A stretch of DNA of 64,000 nucleotides from an uncultured bacterium (GCA_963727525.1 CAVSGO010000007.1:1760001-1824000), one strand, 5' to 3'; shown: positions 49,482 to 58,885, numbered from the stretch's first letter. Numbers and translations: made by a program. The notes: generated by a model from the letters alone, not told the origin.

Positions 49482-50152
49482 GACGCCTCCTTCCAGTCGT
49501 ACTCGCGCACCATGGCGAGCACCTGCTGCTTGAGCTGGGCCAGCGTGCCCTGCAGCGGATCGACGTCGCCCAGCAGATCCGAGAGCATGCGGAAGCGCTC
49601 GCCGTACCCGTCGAGCCAGTTGCGGAGATCGTCGCGGCCGTCGGCATTACGGCGGCGGGCGTCGATGAAGTGGTAGAAGACGCTGCCGCGGCTGAAGTGC
49701 ACGAGCGCGTTCGGCAACTCGCGCGGATGGGCCACGCGGCGGCCCGCAGGAAACACCACCATCTGCGCGTCGAGGACGTGGAATTGCTCGTCGCGACGGG
49801 CCCAGGGCACCGTCTCCATCTCGTCGAGCCGGTCCTCGCAGATGTCCACGAGGTCGGTGCGCAGGTCCTCGAGATCGTCGTAGTCGGTGGGATCGACCAC
49901 GCCGAGCCGCTCGGCCAGCACGTCGTCGTGCAGACCGTGCCGCACCCAGGTGGCGAAGTCGTTGAAGAACTCGGGATCGTCGAAGCGCGGGCGCAGCATA
50001 CCGCCCCAGAAGTGGTGGTAGATGCTGCCGTGATCGGCGGTCAGAAACGCATCGCGCAGTTCGCGCAGGTTCTGCACGCTGCGCCCGGTGGCGCGCGGCA
50101 GCACGGCGCAGTCCATCACGTGGAACGGATCGGGAACGACTCCCGGCTCCAT
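49478..50152 (-). CDS. DUF5752 family protein (TreT-associated)
   Basis: SIYHHF...NDFATW and a second copy SVFYHF...DDLRNWL; overlaps treT. Confidence 0.75.
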   Translation of the reverse strand: MEPGVVPDPFHVMDCAVLPRATGRSVQNLRELRDAFLTADHGSIYHHFWGGMLRPRFDDPEFFNDFATWVRHGLHDDVLAERLGVVDPTDYDDLEDLRTDLVDICEDRLDEMETVPWARRDEQFHVLDAQMVVFPAGRRVAHPRELPNALVHFSRGSVFYHFIDARRRNADGRDDLRNWLDGYGERFRMLSDLLGDVDPLQGTLAQLKQQVLAMVREYDWKEAS

Positions 50153-50274
50153 GGCGCTCCTTCCCCTGCTCTGCGGCAACCGGTATTTCTCTAACAAAAA
50201 TTTATCAAAGACATGCAAAAGTTAGGCCAAACCCCCGCGGTCGGCCACCTCGACAGGTCGCGGGGCTTGCCGGC

Positions 50275-52305
50275 TCAGGCGTCGACGAGATTGGCCGCGA
50301 TGACCTCGGCGATGTCGCGCACGTGGAGCGATTCCTGCCGATCCGTCTCCTTCACGCCGTCCTCGAGCATGGTGAGGCAGAACGGGCAACTCGTACACAC
50401 CTCGCTCGCGCCGGTGGCCGCCGCCTCCTCGATGCGGTTGATATTGATTCGGGATCCGAGGTTCTCTTCCATGAACATGCGGCCGCCGCCGGCGCCGCAG
50501 CAGAAACCGCCTCGCCGCGAGCGCGGCATCTCGACCTGTTGCAGCCCGCCCACGGCGCCGAGCACCTCGCGCGGCGCATCGTACTCGTCGTTGTGACGGC
50601 CGAGATAGCAGGAATCGTGGAATGTCACCTCGTGCGCCGCCTCTGGCTTTACCCGCAGGCGACCCGCCTGCAGGAGGTCGCGCAGGAGTTGGCTGTGGTG
50701 CACCACCTCGACCCCGTCCAGGCCGAAATCGGGATATTCGTTCCTGATGATGTTGTATCCATGCGGGCACGCGGTGACGACCTTCGCCACCTTGTACTTC
50801 TTGAAGTGCTCGATGTTCTGCTGCGCTTGCATCTGGAAGAGATACTCGTTGCCCACGCGCCGCGAGACGTCGCCGCAGCACCCCTCCTCGATGCCGAGGA
50901 TCGCAAAGTCCACCGCGGCGCGCTGCAGACAGGTGACGAGGGCGCGCTGCACCTGCTGGTTTCGCGCATCGAAGCTACCCGCGCACCCGACGAAGAGCAG
51001 GTACTCGGCCGTGCCCTTGTCGCGCAGCTTCGGCACGTCGAGCCCCTCGCACCAGTCCTCGCGCGCTTGCGCGCTCTGATTCCACGGGTTGCTGTTGGTC
51101 TCGAGGCCGCGCAACGCGTTCTGTAGCGCGCTCGGCACCTTGGCCTGCATCATGGTCAGATGGCGACGCTGGTCGATGATGTTGGGCACGTGGTCGATCT
51201 GTACCGGACAGTGCGCCATGCAGTAGCCACAGGTGGTGCAGGCCCAGAGCACGTCGTCCTCGATCACGCCGCCGGCCAGCGGCGGTCGCTCGATCGACTC
51301 GCTCAGCGCCTTGTACTCGGTCGTGCGTCCGCTGGCGCGCAGGCGTCCGAGCGCGGCGAGACGATCGGCGATGCCGTACACGTGGTCGCGTTCGGCGGTG
51401 ATCAGCTCGCGCGGGTGCAGCGGCTTGCCCGTGACGTGCGTGGGGCAGCCGGAGTTGCAGCGGCCGCACTCGGTACAGGTGTACATATCGAGCACACGGC
51501 GCCAGGAGAAGTCCTCCACCCTGCCCACGCCAAAGCTCTCCACCCCCGCGGCGGCAAGGGCCTCGAAGTCCATCTTCTGCAGGTGCGCCGAGGGCGTCAG
51601 GCGCGCCAGGAACACCGCGGGCAGTGCGGTGATCACGTGGAAGTGCTTGCCGAAGGGCAGGTAGTTCAAGAAGGCGAGCACGAGGACGACGTGCGACCAG
51701 AAGCACACGTGGTGCCACGTCATCTGGGTGCCGGGCGGCAGGCCCCCGAACGCGCCGCTGAGCGCCGTGGCAGCCCAGGCCCAGCCGCGCTCGCTCGCCC
51801 CCGCGTCGTGTGCGAAGCGCGCCGCATCGCCGGCGAGGTCGGTGAGCATGAGCAACCCGATCCAGAGCAGGATGAGCACGGCCTCGCCGCTGAATTTCAG
51901 ACGCGCCGGCCGCGTGACCAGGCGCCGAAGGATCGCATAGGTCACCGCTGCCAGCACCAGCAGCTCACCCGCATTCAGGATCACCAGGTAGAACTTGCCG
52001 AACCAGCCGCCGAAGCCGGGCAGGTTGAAGTCGGACACGAAACCACGTCCGACGAGCGTGGTCGTGCGGAAGGCGACGATCAGGAATCCGCCGAAGATCG
52101 TGGCGTGCATCCAGCCGGGGCCGCGCTCGTAGAGGAGCTTGCGCTGGCCAAAACCCACGGCCAGCAGCTCGCGCAGCCGGCGCCCGAGATGGTCGAGCCG
52201 GTTGTCCGGTTCCAGCGCCCGCATGACGAGGATGCGGTGGACCATCGTGTTGACGAAGAGGGCGAGGGTAGCGAGTAGCAAGAGGACCATGGCCAGCGGA
52301 CCCAT
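50275..52305 (-). CDS. Membrane-bound Fe-S oxidoreductase (FadF/HdrD-like, candidate ETF:quinone oxidoreductase)
   Basis: N-terminal TMs with His residues, CTECGRCNSGCP, CTTCGYCMAHCP and two CCG domains. Confidence 0.9.
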   Translation of the reverse strand: MGPLAMVLLLLATLALFVNTMVHRILVMRALEPDNRLDHLGRRLRELLAVGFGQRKLLYERGPGWMHATIFGGFLIVAFRTTTLVGRGFVSDFNLPGFGGWFGKFYLVILNAGELLVLAAVTYAILRRLVTRPARLKFSGEAVLILLWIGLLMLTDLAGDAARFAHDAGASERGWAWAATALSGAFGGLPPGTQMTWHHVCFWSHVVLVLAFLNYLPFGKHFHVITALPAVFLARLTPSAHLQKMDFEALAAAGVESFGVGRVEDFSWRRVLDMYTCTECGRCNSGCPTHVTGKPLHPRELITAERDHVYGIADRLAALGRLRASGRTTEYKALSESIERPPLAGGVIEDDVLWACTTCGYCMAHCPVQIDHVPNIIDQRRHLTMMQAKVPSALQNALRGLETNSNPWNQSAQAREDWCEGLDVPKLRDKGTAEYLLFVGCAGSFDARNQQVQRALVTCLQRAAVDFAILGIEEGCCGDVSRRVGNEYLFQMQAQQNIEHFKKYKVAKVVTACPHGYNIIRNEYPDFGLDGVEVVHHSQLLRDLLQAGRLRVKPEAAHEVTFHDSCYLGRHNDEYDAPREVLGAVGGLQQVEMPRSRRGGFCCGAGGGRMFMEENLGSRININRIEEAAATGASEVCTSCPFCLTMLEDGVKETDRQESLHVRDIAEVIAANLVDA

Positions 52306-52412
52306 GAACGACCTTTCTGTCGAGACCTAAGGAACGGCGTAGGGCGGATTTCTTCCCCACTATAGCGTTCCTCGCCGCGAGGGGAAGGACAAAGCCCGGT
52401 GATCGGCGACTG

Positions 52413-53093
52413 TCAGTCGGCCGTCTGCTTGTCGCTCTCGCGGGTGCAGAGCAGGGCGCGGCACATCGCCATGCCGGACGGCCCGTCGGCGACGACAGCC
52501 TCGCGTGGACTCAGCTCGAGGGGGACGACGCGCCCGCAATGGCGCTGGCGCGCCTCCAGGTAGTCGGCGACGCGCAGGAGATAGAGGGAGCCGTCCTCGC
52601 ACAGCCAGGTCGCGTGATCCGCGTGGTCGCCGCTGACGCGGCGGCTCGCCGGGTCGAAATACGGCACCAGCCCCATCGGCGACGCCTGCCATAGCGGCGC
52701 CGCCTCGCGATGGCAGGTGAAGACGCAGCCGGCCGCGTGGCGGCGGGCCAGGTCCCTCGCTTCGAGCAGGCGGTGTGCGCCGAGAAGAGGCCGCTGCGGA
52801 TCGAGCACGAGCACGCCGTCGGGCGCCGGCCCGGGATCGGCCAGTAGCTGGTCCAGCACCGATTCCAGGCAGACGTGTCCCTGCGGATGGACGCGCGCGA
52901 TCGCGCCTGCCGATCGCGCCAGGACCTCCCAGCCAGTGGCGGCCGGCACGCTCAGGACGATCCGGGACGGCTCGACGGCGAGGCAGGTCCAGACGGCCCG
53001 CGCCAGGAGCGACACGCCCCCCAGCACCTGGCGCACCGGACCGGCCGATTCGCCCTGCCATCCGACGCCGATCACGGCCCAGAGATCACGCAC
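52413..53093 (-). CDS. Acylneuraminate cytidylyltransferase (NeuA)-like protein with degenerate active site
   Basis: LGG.SLL, VLVLDPQRPL, CVFT and EDGSLYLL resemble the NeuA layout; GGAGG RBS with GTG start. Confidence 0.6.
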   Translation of the reverse strand: MRDLWAVIGVGWQGESAGPVRQVLGGVSLLARAVWTCLAVEPSRIVLSVPAATGWEVLARSAGAIARVHPQGHVCLESVLDQLLADPGPAPDGVLVLDPQRPLLGAHRLLEARDLARRHAAGCVFTCHREAAPLWQASPMGLVPYFDPASRRVSGDHADHATWLCEDGSLYLLRVADYLEARQRHCGRVVPLELSPREAVVADGPSGMAMCRALLCTRESDKQTAD

Positions 53094-53346
53094 GTTCCAC
53101 GCCTCCCCTCCCCGGCTTGGACGGCCGCGCCAGCCTTTACATCGCGGCCCGCGACCGTTACTGTGTGCCGGATCCCACCTCTGGCGGCAGTTTCTGCCGC
53201 CCGGGCGCGATGCTTTTCCCGGACCGGATCCCACGCCACGGAGATTCCTGCCCGGAGAACGACATCCGGCGATGTGAGCCTCGCCCTTGCAAGTTCGAGC
53301 CCACTTCGGCCGACCCATTGCGCCGGCTGCGGAACGGGGGACTGCC

Positions 53347-53751
53347 ATGGACGACACACGGATGAAAACGCTCTTCACGACCATGCGGACCGTGGCCGTG
53401 GTCGGCCTGTCTCCGAACCCGGAGCGTGCCAGCCACGGGATCGCGAAGTTCCTCATCGGGGCAGGATTCGACGTGGTGGGGGTGAATCCTGGTCATCAGG
53501 AGATCCTCGGCGTTCCGGTGTACCCGACGCTGGGGGATGTCCCCCATCCCGTGGACCTCGTCGACATCTTCCGACGCAGCGACACGGTGGAGCCGGTCGT
53601 CCAGGCGGCCATCGCCCGCGGCGACGGCTTCGTGTGGATGCAGGAGGGCGTGGTCAACGAGACCGCCGCCGACGCCGCCGGCGACGCCGGGATCCCCGTC
53701 GTGATGGACCGTTGCGTCTACAAGGAGTGGCTGCGCCTGATGAACGCGTAG
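53347..53751 (+). CDS. CoA-binding protein (YccU-like)
   Basis: VAVVGLS, VNP, VDLVDIFR, VWMQEG and VMDRC. Confidence 0.92.
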   Translation: MDDTRMKTLFTTMRTVAVVGLSPNPERASHGIAKFLIGAGFDVVGVNPGHQEILGVPVYPTLGDVPHPVDLVDIFRRSDTVEPVVQAAIARGDGFVWMQEGVVNETAADAAGDAGIPVVMDRCVYKEWLRLMNA

Positions 53752-53760
53752 CCGGCAACC

Positions 53761-54828
53761 ATGATATCAGGACAGGACAGCCAGCGTCGCGCGGGACCGA
53801 GCCTCGTCACCGGGGCTCTCGGTTTCGTCGGCCCCTACCTCGTGGAGGCCCTGCTGCACGATGGCGAGACCGTGGTGGGGCTCGACCGGCGGCGAGCCGG
53901 TGGCGTACCGGCCGTGCGGGGGACGTTCCAGCTGGACGCGGCGTCCCCGGCCGACGGAACCACGGCCAATCTGGGCATGGCCCGGTACTCGGGTCCCGCC
54001 GGCACGTGGGACTGCTTTCTACAACCGCTCGGGGATGCCGAGGCGGTACTGGAACTCGTCCACCGGCTCCGCCCGGCAGCCATCTACCACCTGGCGGCCC
54101 AGAGTTCCGCCGCCGCATCTTTCACCGATCCCCGAGCCACGCTCGTGGGCAACCAGGCTGGCATCCTCAATCTCCTCGAGGCCGTGCGCAGCCTCCCCGC
54201 GGCCGAGCGCCCGAAGCTCGTGGTCACGGGATCGGCCGAGGAGTACGGCACCGCGATCCGCAGCGGACGACCCTGCCGCGAGGACGACGCGCTCGCGCCG
54301 GTCTCGCCCTATGGCGTCAGCAAGGCGACGCAGACCCTCCTCTGCCGCCAGTACCACCGCTCCTGGGACGTACCGGTGGTGGTCGCCCGCTCCTTCGGGC
54401 ATACGGGGGTCGGTCAGGATACCCGCTTCGTGTTTCCCAACTTCGCGACCCAGATCGCCCGGCTCGAGCGCGACGAGGCCGAGGGCGCCCTCGAGGTGGG
54501 CGACCTCTCCCCGATGCGCGACTATCTCGACGTGCGCGACGTCGTGGACGCTTACCGCCTGCTACGGGAACAGGGGCGCTCCGGTCAGGTCTATAACGTG
54601 TGCTCCGGACGGTCGTTGACGATCGGTGCCGGGCTGGAGATACTCCTCGGTGCCGCCCATCGGCCGATCTCCGTCCGCCAGGATGCGGCGCGACTGCGAC
54701 CGGCGGACATCCCGTGGTTGGTGGGCGACCCCGGTAAGCTGCAACTCGACACTGGCTGGCAACCTCGCCACCTCTTCGCTCGCACCCTGGGCGAGTTGCT
54801 GGCGACCGCCCGGAAGGAACAGGTATGA
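53761..54828 (+). CDS. NDP-sugar SDR, GDP-4-keto-6-deoxy-mannose reductase (Rmd)/GMD-like
   Basis: VTGALGFVG, YHLAAQS, GSAEEYG, SPYGVSK and RDYLDVRDVV. Confidence 0.85.
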   Translation: MISGQDSQRRAGPSLVTGALGFVGPYLVEALLHDGETVVGLDRRRAGGVPAVRGTFQLDAASPADGTTANLGMARYSGPAGTWDCFLQPLGDAEAVLELVHRLRPAAIYHLAAQSSAAASFTDPRATLVGNQAGILNLLEAVRSLPAAERPKLVVTGSAEEYGTAIRSGRPCREDDALAPVSPYGVSKATQTLLCRQYHRSWDVPVVVARSFGHTGVGQDTRFVFPNFATQIARLERDEAEGALEVGDLSPMRDYLDVRDVVDAYRLLREQGRSGQVYNVCSGRSLTIGAGLEILLGAAHRPISVRQDAARLRPADIPWLVGDPGKLQLDTGWQPRHLFARTLGELLATARKEQV

Positions 54829-56159
54829 CGCGCATCTGCATGATCGGCACCGGCTACGTGGGTCTCGTCTCGGGGGCTTGCTTCGCCGATTTCGGCCACG
54901 ACGTGGTCTGCGTCGACATCCTCGAGGAACGCATCCAGGCCCTGCGCCGCGGCGAGATCCCGTTCTACGAGCCGGGCCTCGACATGCTGGTCACCAAGAA
55001 CGTGCGCGAGGAACACCTGCGCTTCACCACCGACCTGGCCGAGGGCATGCGCGAGGCCCAGGTGGTCTTCATCGCCGTGCAGACTCCCCAGTCGGCCAGC
55101 GGCGAGGCCGACCTCAGCTACGTCATGGAAGTTGGCAAACAGATCGGCTCCCTGCTCGACGACTACAAGGTCATCTGCACCAAGAGTACGGTGCCCGTGG
55201 GCACGGCCCACATTCTCGCGGACGTGATCCGCGCCGCGCAGCCGCACCCGGTGGACTTCGACATGGCAAGCAATCCGGAATTCCTGCGCGAGGGCAGCAG
55301 CATCGAGGATTTCATGCGGCCCGACCGTGTTGTCATCGGTACGGAATCGCCCCGCGCCGAGGAACTCATGCGAGGCATCTACCAGCCACTCTACTTGCTC
55401 GACACGCCGATCGTGCACTGCCCGCGCATCGAGACGGCGGAGCTGATCAAGTATGCCTGCAACAGTTTCCTCGCCGTGAAGATCAGCTTCATCAACGAGA
55501 TCGCGACGCTGGCGGAAGCGGTGGGCGCCGACGTGTCGCAGGTGGCCAAGGCCATGGGCCTCGACCGACGCATCGGGCCGAAGTTCCTGCACGCCGGGCT
55601 CGGTTTCGGCGGGAGCTGCTTTCCCAAGGACACCAACGCGATCGTGCGCATCGGCCACGACCACGACGCGCCCATGAGCATCGTGGCATCCGCCATCGCG
55701 GTCAACGACGCCCTGCCAGCACGCGCCTTCGCGAAGGCCGGCGCCATGGTGGGCGACCTGCGCGGCAAGACAGTGGGCTTGCTCGGCCTGTCGTTCAAGC
55801 CCAACACCGACGACATCCGTCAGGCCGGTAGCCTCGAGCTCACGCGGCTGCTCATGGAGAACGGCGCCACGGTGCGTGCCCACGATCCAGTCGCCATGGA
55901 CAACTTCCGCAAGGTCTACCCCGACATCGCCTACTGCCGCAATGCGTACGAGACCTGCGAGGGCGCCGACCTCTGTGTGCTGGTGACCGAGTGGAACCAG
56001 TACCGGCAGCTCGATTTCAACCACCTCGGCGAGATCATGACGCGCAAGCTCTTCCTCGATTGCCGCAACGTGTACAACCGCGAACGGATCGCGCCGTACG
56101 GATTCGCATATGCGTGCTTCGGCCGCCCCCACGAAACGATCGCGGAGGTCCACCCATGA
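54825..56159 (+). CDS. ugd: UDP-glucose 6-dehydrogenase
   Basis: GTGYVGL, KSTVPVG, NPEFLREG, GFGGSCFPKD and FKPNTDD. Confidence 0.95.
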   Translation: MTRICMIGTGYVGLVSGACFADFGHDVVCVDILEERIQALRRGEIPFYEPGLDMLVTKNVREEHLRFTTDLAEGMREAQVVFIAVQTPQSASGEADLSYVMEVGKQIGSLLDDYKVICTKSTVPVGTAHILADVIRAAQPHPVDFDMASNPEFLREGSSIEDFMRPDRVVIGTESPRAEELMRGIYQPLYLLDTPIVHCPRIETAELIKYACNSFLAVKISFINEIATLAEAVGADVSQVAKAMGLDRRIGPKFLHAGLGFGGSCFPKDTNAIVRIGHDHDAPMSIVASAIAVNDALPARAFAKAGAMVGDLRGKTVGLLGLSFKPNTDDIRQAGSLELTRLLMENGATVRAHDPVAMDNFRKVYPDIAYCRNAYETCEGADLCVLVTEWNQYRQLDFNHLGEIMTRKLFLDCRNVYNRERIAPYGFAYACFGRPHETIAEVHP

Positions 56160-56611
56160 TCGATGGCGCCCTCGTCAAACCGCTCAAGCTGATCCCCGAC
56201 GAGCGTGGCTTCCTCTACGAGATGCTGCGGATCGACGACCCCTTCTTCCAGCAGTTCGGCCAGTGCTACCTCACCGCCGTGTACCCCGGCGTGGTGAAAG
56301 GCTGGCACTGGCACAAGCTGCAGACCGATCACTTCGTCTGCGTCAAGGGCATGGCGAAGGTGGTGCTCTACGACCGTCGCGAGGACTCGCCAACCCACGG
56401 CGAGGTAAACGAGTTCTTCATGGGCGAGCGCAACCCCATCCTCCTGGTCATCCCCCGCGGCGTGCTGCACGGCATGAAGGGTATCGGCACCGAGACCACC
56501 ATGATCATCAACCTGCCGACGCATACTTACAACCATCAGGACCCCGACGAGTACCGCGTCGACCCCCACGCCAACGAGATCCCTTACGACTGGGCCGCCC
56601 GCGATTTCTGA
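56156..56611 (+). CDS. dTDP-4-dehydrorhamnose 3,5-epimerase family protein (cupin)
   Basis: DERGFLYE, GVVKGWHWH, YD.REDSPT and IPRGVLHG. Confidence 0.88.
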   Translation: MIDGALVKPLKLIPDERGFLYEMLRIDDPFFQQFGQCYLTAVYPGVVKGWHWHKLQTDHFVCVKGMAKVVLYDRREDSPTHGEVNEFFMGERNPILLVIPRGVLHGMKGIGTETTMIINLPTHTYNHQDPDEYRVDPHANEIPYDWAARDF

Positions 56612-56633
56612 CGGGCCGGCCTGAAAGGCGACC

Positions 56634-57761
56634 ATGACCCCCAAGGAACTCCAGCGCGTCGGGCGCTACGACCTGGTGACGCCCATGATCCCGTGCAAAG
56701 ACGAGATCATGGCCGGTTTCGAGCGGATCCTGATGTCCGGCAACTACATCCTGGGAGAGGAAGTGCGCCTGCTGGAGCACGAGATGGCCGAGCAATGTGG
56801 CGTGCCCGACGCAGTGGGCGTGGCCAGCGGGTCCGAGGCGCTCTACCTCGCGCTCGCCATGGCGGGCGTGCGGCCGGGGAGCGAGGTGATCACCACCCCG
56901 TACACCTTCGACGCCACGATCGAGGCCATCATCATGCTCTATGCCCGCCCCGTGTTCGTCGACATCCGACCGGGCGACCTCAACATCGACCCCGGCCTGA
57001 TCGAGGCCGCCATCAGCCCGCGCACGCGCGCCATCCTGCCGGTGCACATCTTCGGCGCCCCCTGCGACATGGACCCCATCATGGACGTGGCCCGGCGCTT
57101 CGACCTGCAGGTCATCGTCGACATGGCCCAGGCCTGGGGCACCCTCTTCGAGGGCAAACCATGCGGCAGCATCGGGCGCATGAGCACCCTGAGCTTCTAT
57201 CCCACCAAGAACCTGCCGGGAATCGGCGACGGCGGTCTGGTCTTCTGCCGGGAGCGTGAGGACGCCGATCGCATCCGCCAGCTCCGCGGCCACAAGGCCC
57301 TGTGGATGAACAAGCATCTCTACTGCGGCTGGAACAGCCGCCTCGATGAGGTGCAGGCCATGGTCATCCGCGCTCGTCTCGCTCGGTTCGACGACGAGCA
57401 GCGCGACCGCAACCGCGTGGCGGAGATCTACGATTCCCTGATCCCGGCGGCCAACCGTCTGGACACGGCGACCTCGCCGGCGGGAACCCTCGTCACGTAC
57501 CACCAGTACTGGGTCCGGTCGCGGGCCCGGAACCAGCTCCGAGACGTGCTCGACGCCGCCGGGATCGACACCGGCATCTACTATGATCCGCCGCTTCACA
57601 AACACCCGCTCTCCGAGTACTGTCGCACGGGTACCCCGCTGCCCCAGGCCGAGGCTGCCGGCCGCGAGGTCTTGACCCTGCCGATCCACGCGGCCCTCCC
57701 CGAGGAACAGGCCCGCCGGATCGGCTCGATTGTCGGCGAGTTCCTGGCTGCCCACGGCTAG
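56634..57761 (+). CDS. DegT/DnrJ/EryC1/StrS aminotransferase
   Basis: SG..AL, PVFVDI, PVHIFG, D.AQA, SFYPTKNL (PLP Lys) and NSRLDE.QA. Confidence 0.92.
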   Translation: MTPKELQRVGRYDLVTPMIPCKDEIMAGFERILMSGNYILGEEVRLLEHEMAEQCGVPDAVGVASGSEALYLALAMAGVRPGSEVITTPYTFDATIEAIIMLYARPVFVDIRPGDLNIDPGLIEAAISPRTRAILPVHIFGAPCDMDPIMDVARRFDLQVIVDMAQAWGTLFEGKPCGSIGRMSTLSFYPTKNLPGIGDGGLVFCREREDADRIRQLRGHKALWMNKHLYCGWNSRLDEVQAMVIRARLARFDDEQRDRNRVAEIYDSLIPAANRLDTATSPAGTLVTYHQYWVRSRARNQLRDVLDAAGIDTGIYYDPPLHKHPLSEYCRTGTPLPQAEAAGREVLTLPIHAALPEEQARRIGSIVGEFLAAHG

Positions 57762-57784
57762 CGAACGGATCGAAAGGCTCGGAC

Positions 57785-58834
57785 GTGAGCGCCAAGGTGC
57801 TAAGCTTCGGTACCCTCGACGCAAGCCTGGCCAAGGACCAGACGCAGATCGTCATGGACCGGATCCAGGCCGCCAGTCCGCGTCTGGCCTGCCAGATGCA
57901 ACGCTTGCCCTCGCCGCTGTCCGACGGCGAACGCGAGGGCGAGCCCTTCCTAGCGTGCAGTGCCCAGGAAGTCGAGTTCCTCGAGAATCAGCTCCTGGCC
58001 GGCGAGTTCCGCCTGCTCGTGGTGCGGGCTCCCGATCTCGTGCTGCCCCTGCGCAAGGGCCTCTGCATCGCCGCCGTTCCGGTGCGCGACACGCCCTTCG
58101 ACGCCCTGCTCTCGCGTCGCGGCATCATCATCGACGACCTCGAGGAAAGCGCCCATGTCGGCGTGCTCACGCTGCGCTCCAAGGTGCAGGTGCAGGCGCT
58201 GTGGCCGCACATCACGGTGTCGCTCCACCACGGCGGGGTGATGGCCTCTCTCGACCTGCTTTTGCGGCAGAGCGAGATCGATGCCCTCGTGGCCCCGGCG
58301 GCGGTGGCCGAGCATCTGGGTCTGCAGAGCGTGGTCTCCGAGATCTTCAATCCCGATCTGGTGCTACCTGGCGGCGGTCAGGGCATCCTCGTGGTGCTCG
58401 GGCGCAGCGACGACGCCGAAGCCCGCGAGCTGCTCGCCCCCATCCACAGTGAGGCCGCCCTGCGCGAGATGGAGGCCGAGCACGCGTTCCTGCAGCGCTT
58501 CGCCAGCGACCAGGACCTCCCGCTGAGTGTCCTGGCGCGCTGCGCCGGCGACCGCATCTCCATTGCCGGCGCCATCAGCTCGTCGCAGGGCGCCAGCGCT
58601 GCGCGGGCGGAAATCGAGGGCCCGCTGGATCAGGCCACGAACCTCGGGGCCCAGCTCGCCGAAGCGTTGCTGCAGAACGACGCCGTCGTGATCGGCCTGC
58701 TCGAGGCCGATTTCCCCGAGGGCGTGCCTGAAGACGACACGCTCGACGAGGCTGTCCCCAGCGAGCTGGAGCCGGACGTGATGGAGGAACTGGATCAGCT
58801 CACCGGGGAGTACGACGACGACGACGACATCTGA
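57785..58834 (+). CDS. Hydroxymethylbilane synthase (HemC)-like protein lacking the cofactor-binding Cys
   Basis: Colinear with HemC (GT...LA..Q, R..P.DAL, VG...LR, LPGGGQG, AE.AFL, G..LAE.LL) but key residues are replaced; acidic tail. Confidence 0.8.
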   Translation: MSAKVLSFGTLDASLAKDQTQIVMDRIQAASPRLACQMQRLPSPLSDGEREGEPFLACSAQEVEFLENQLLAGEFRLLVVRAPDLVLPLRKGLCIAAVPVRDTPFDALLSRRGIIIDDLEESAHVGVLTLRSKVQVQALWPHITVSLHHGGVMASLDLLLRQSEIDALVAPAAVAEHLGLQSVVSEIFNPDLVLPGGGQGILVVLGRSDDAEARELLAPIHSEAALREMEAEHAFLQRFASDQDLPLSVLARCAGDRISIAGAISSSQGASAARAEIEGPLDQATNLGAQLAEALLQNDAVVIGLLEADFPEGVPEDDTLDEAVPSELEPDVMEELDQLTGEYDDDDDI

Positions 58835-58857
58835 CGAAACGACCGTGGCAGGTCGCG

Positions 58858-58885
58858 GAAGGCCCGGGCCGTTGCCCGGGCCTTC
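58858..58885. terminator. Hairpin between convergent genes
   Basis: GAAGGCCCGGGC-CGTT-GCCCGGGCCTTC. Confidence 0.7.

Noticed and set aside
50180-50226. AT-rich patch upstream of DUF5752 as an FNR or Rex box
   Set aside because: Only half-site matches (TTGAT, TTGTTA); it is probably the promoter region, but no factor can be assigned.
53289-53316. Sigma-28-like GCAAGTTC-N12-GCCGACCC upstream of the sugar operon
   Set aside because: Spacing is off by one and the -10 is weak; such matches are likely by chance in GC-rich DNA.
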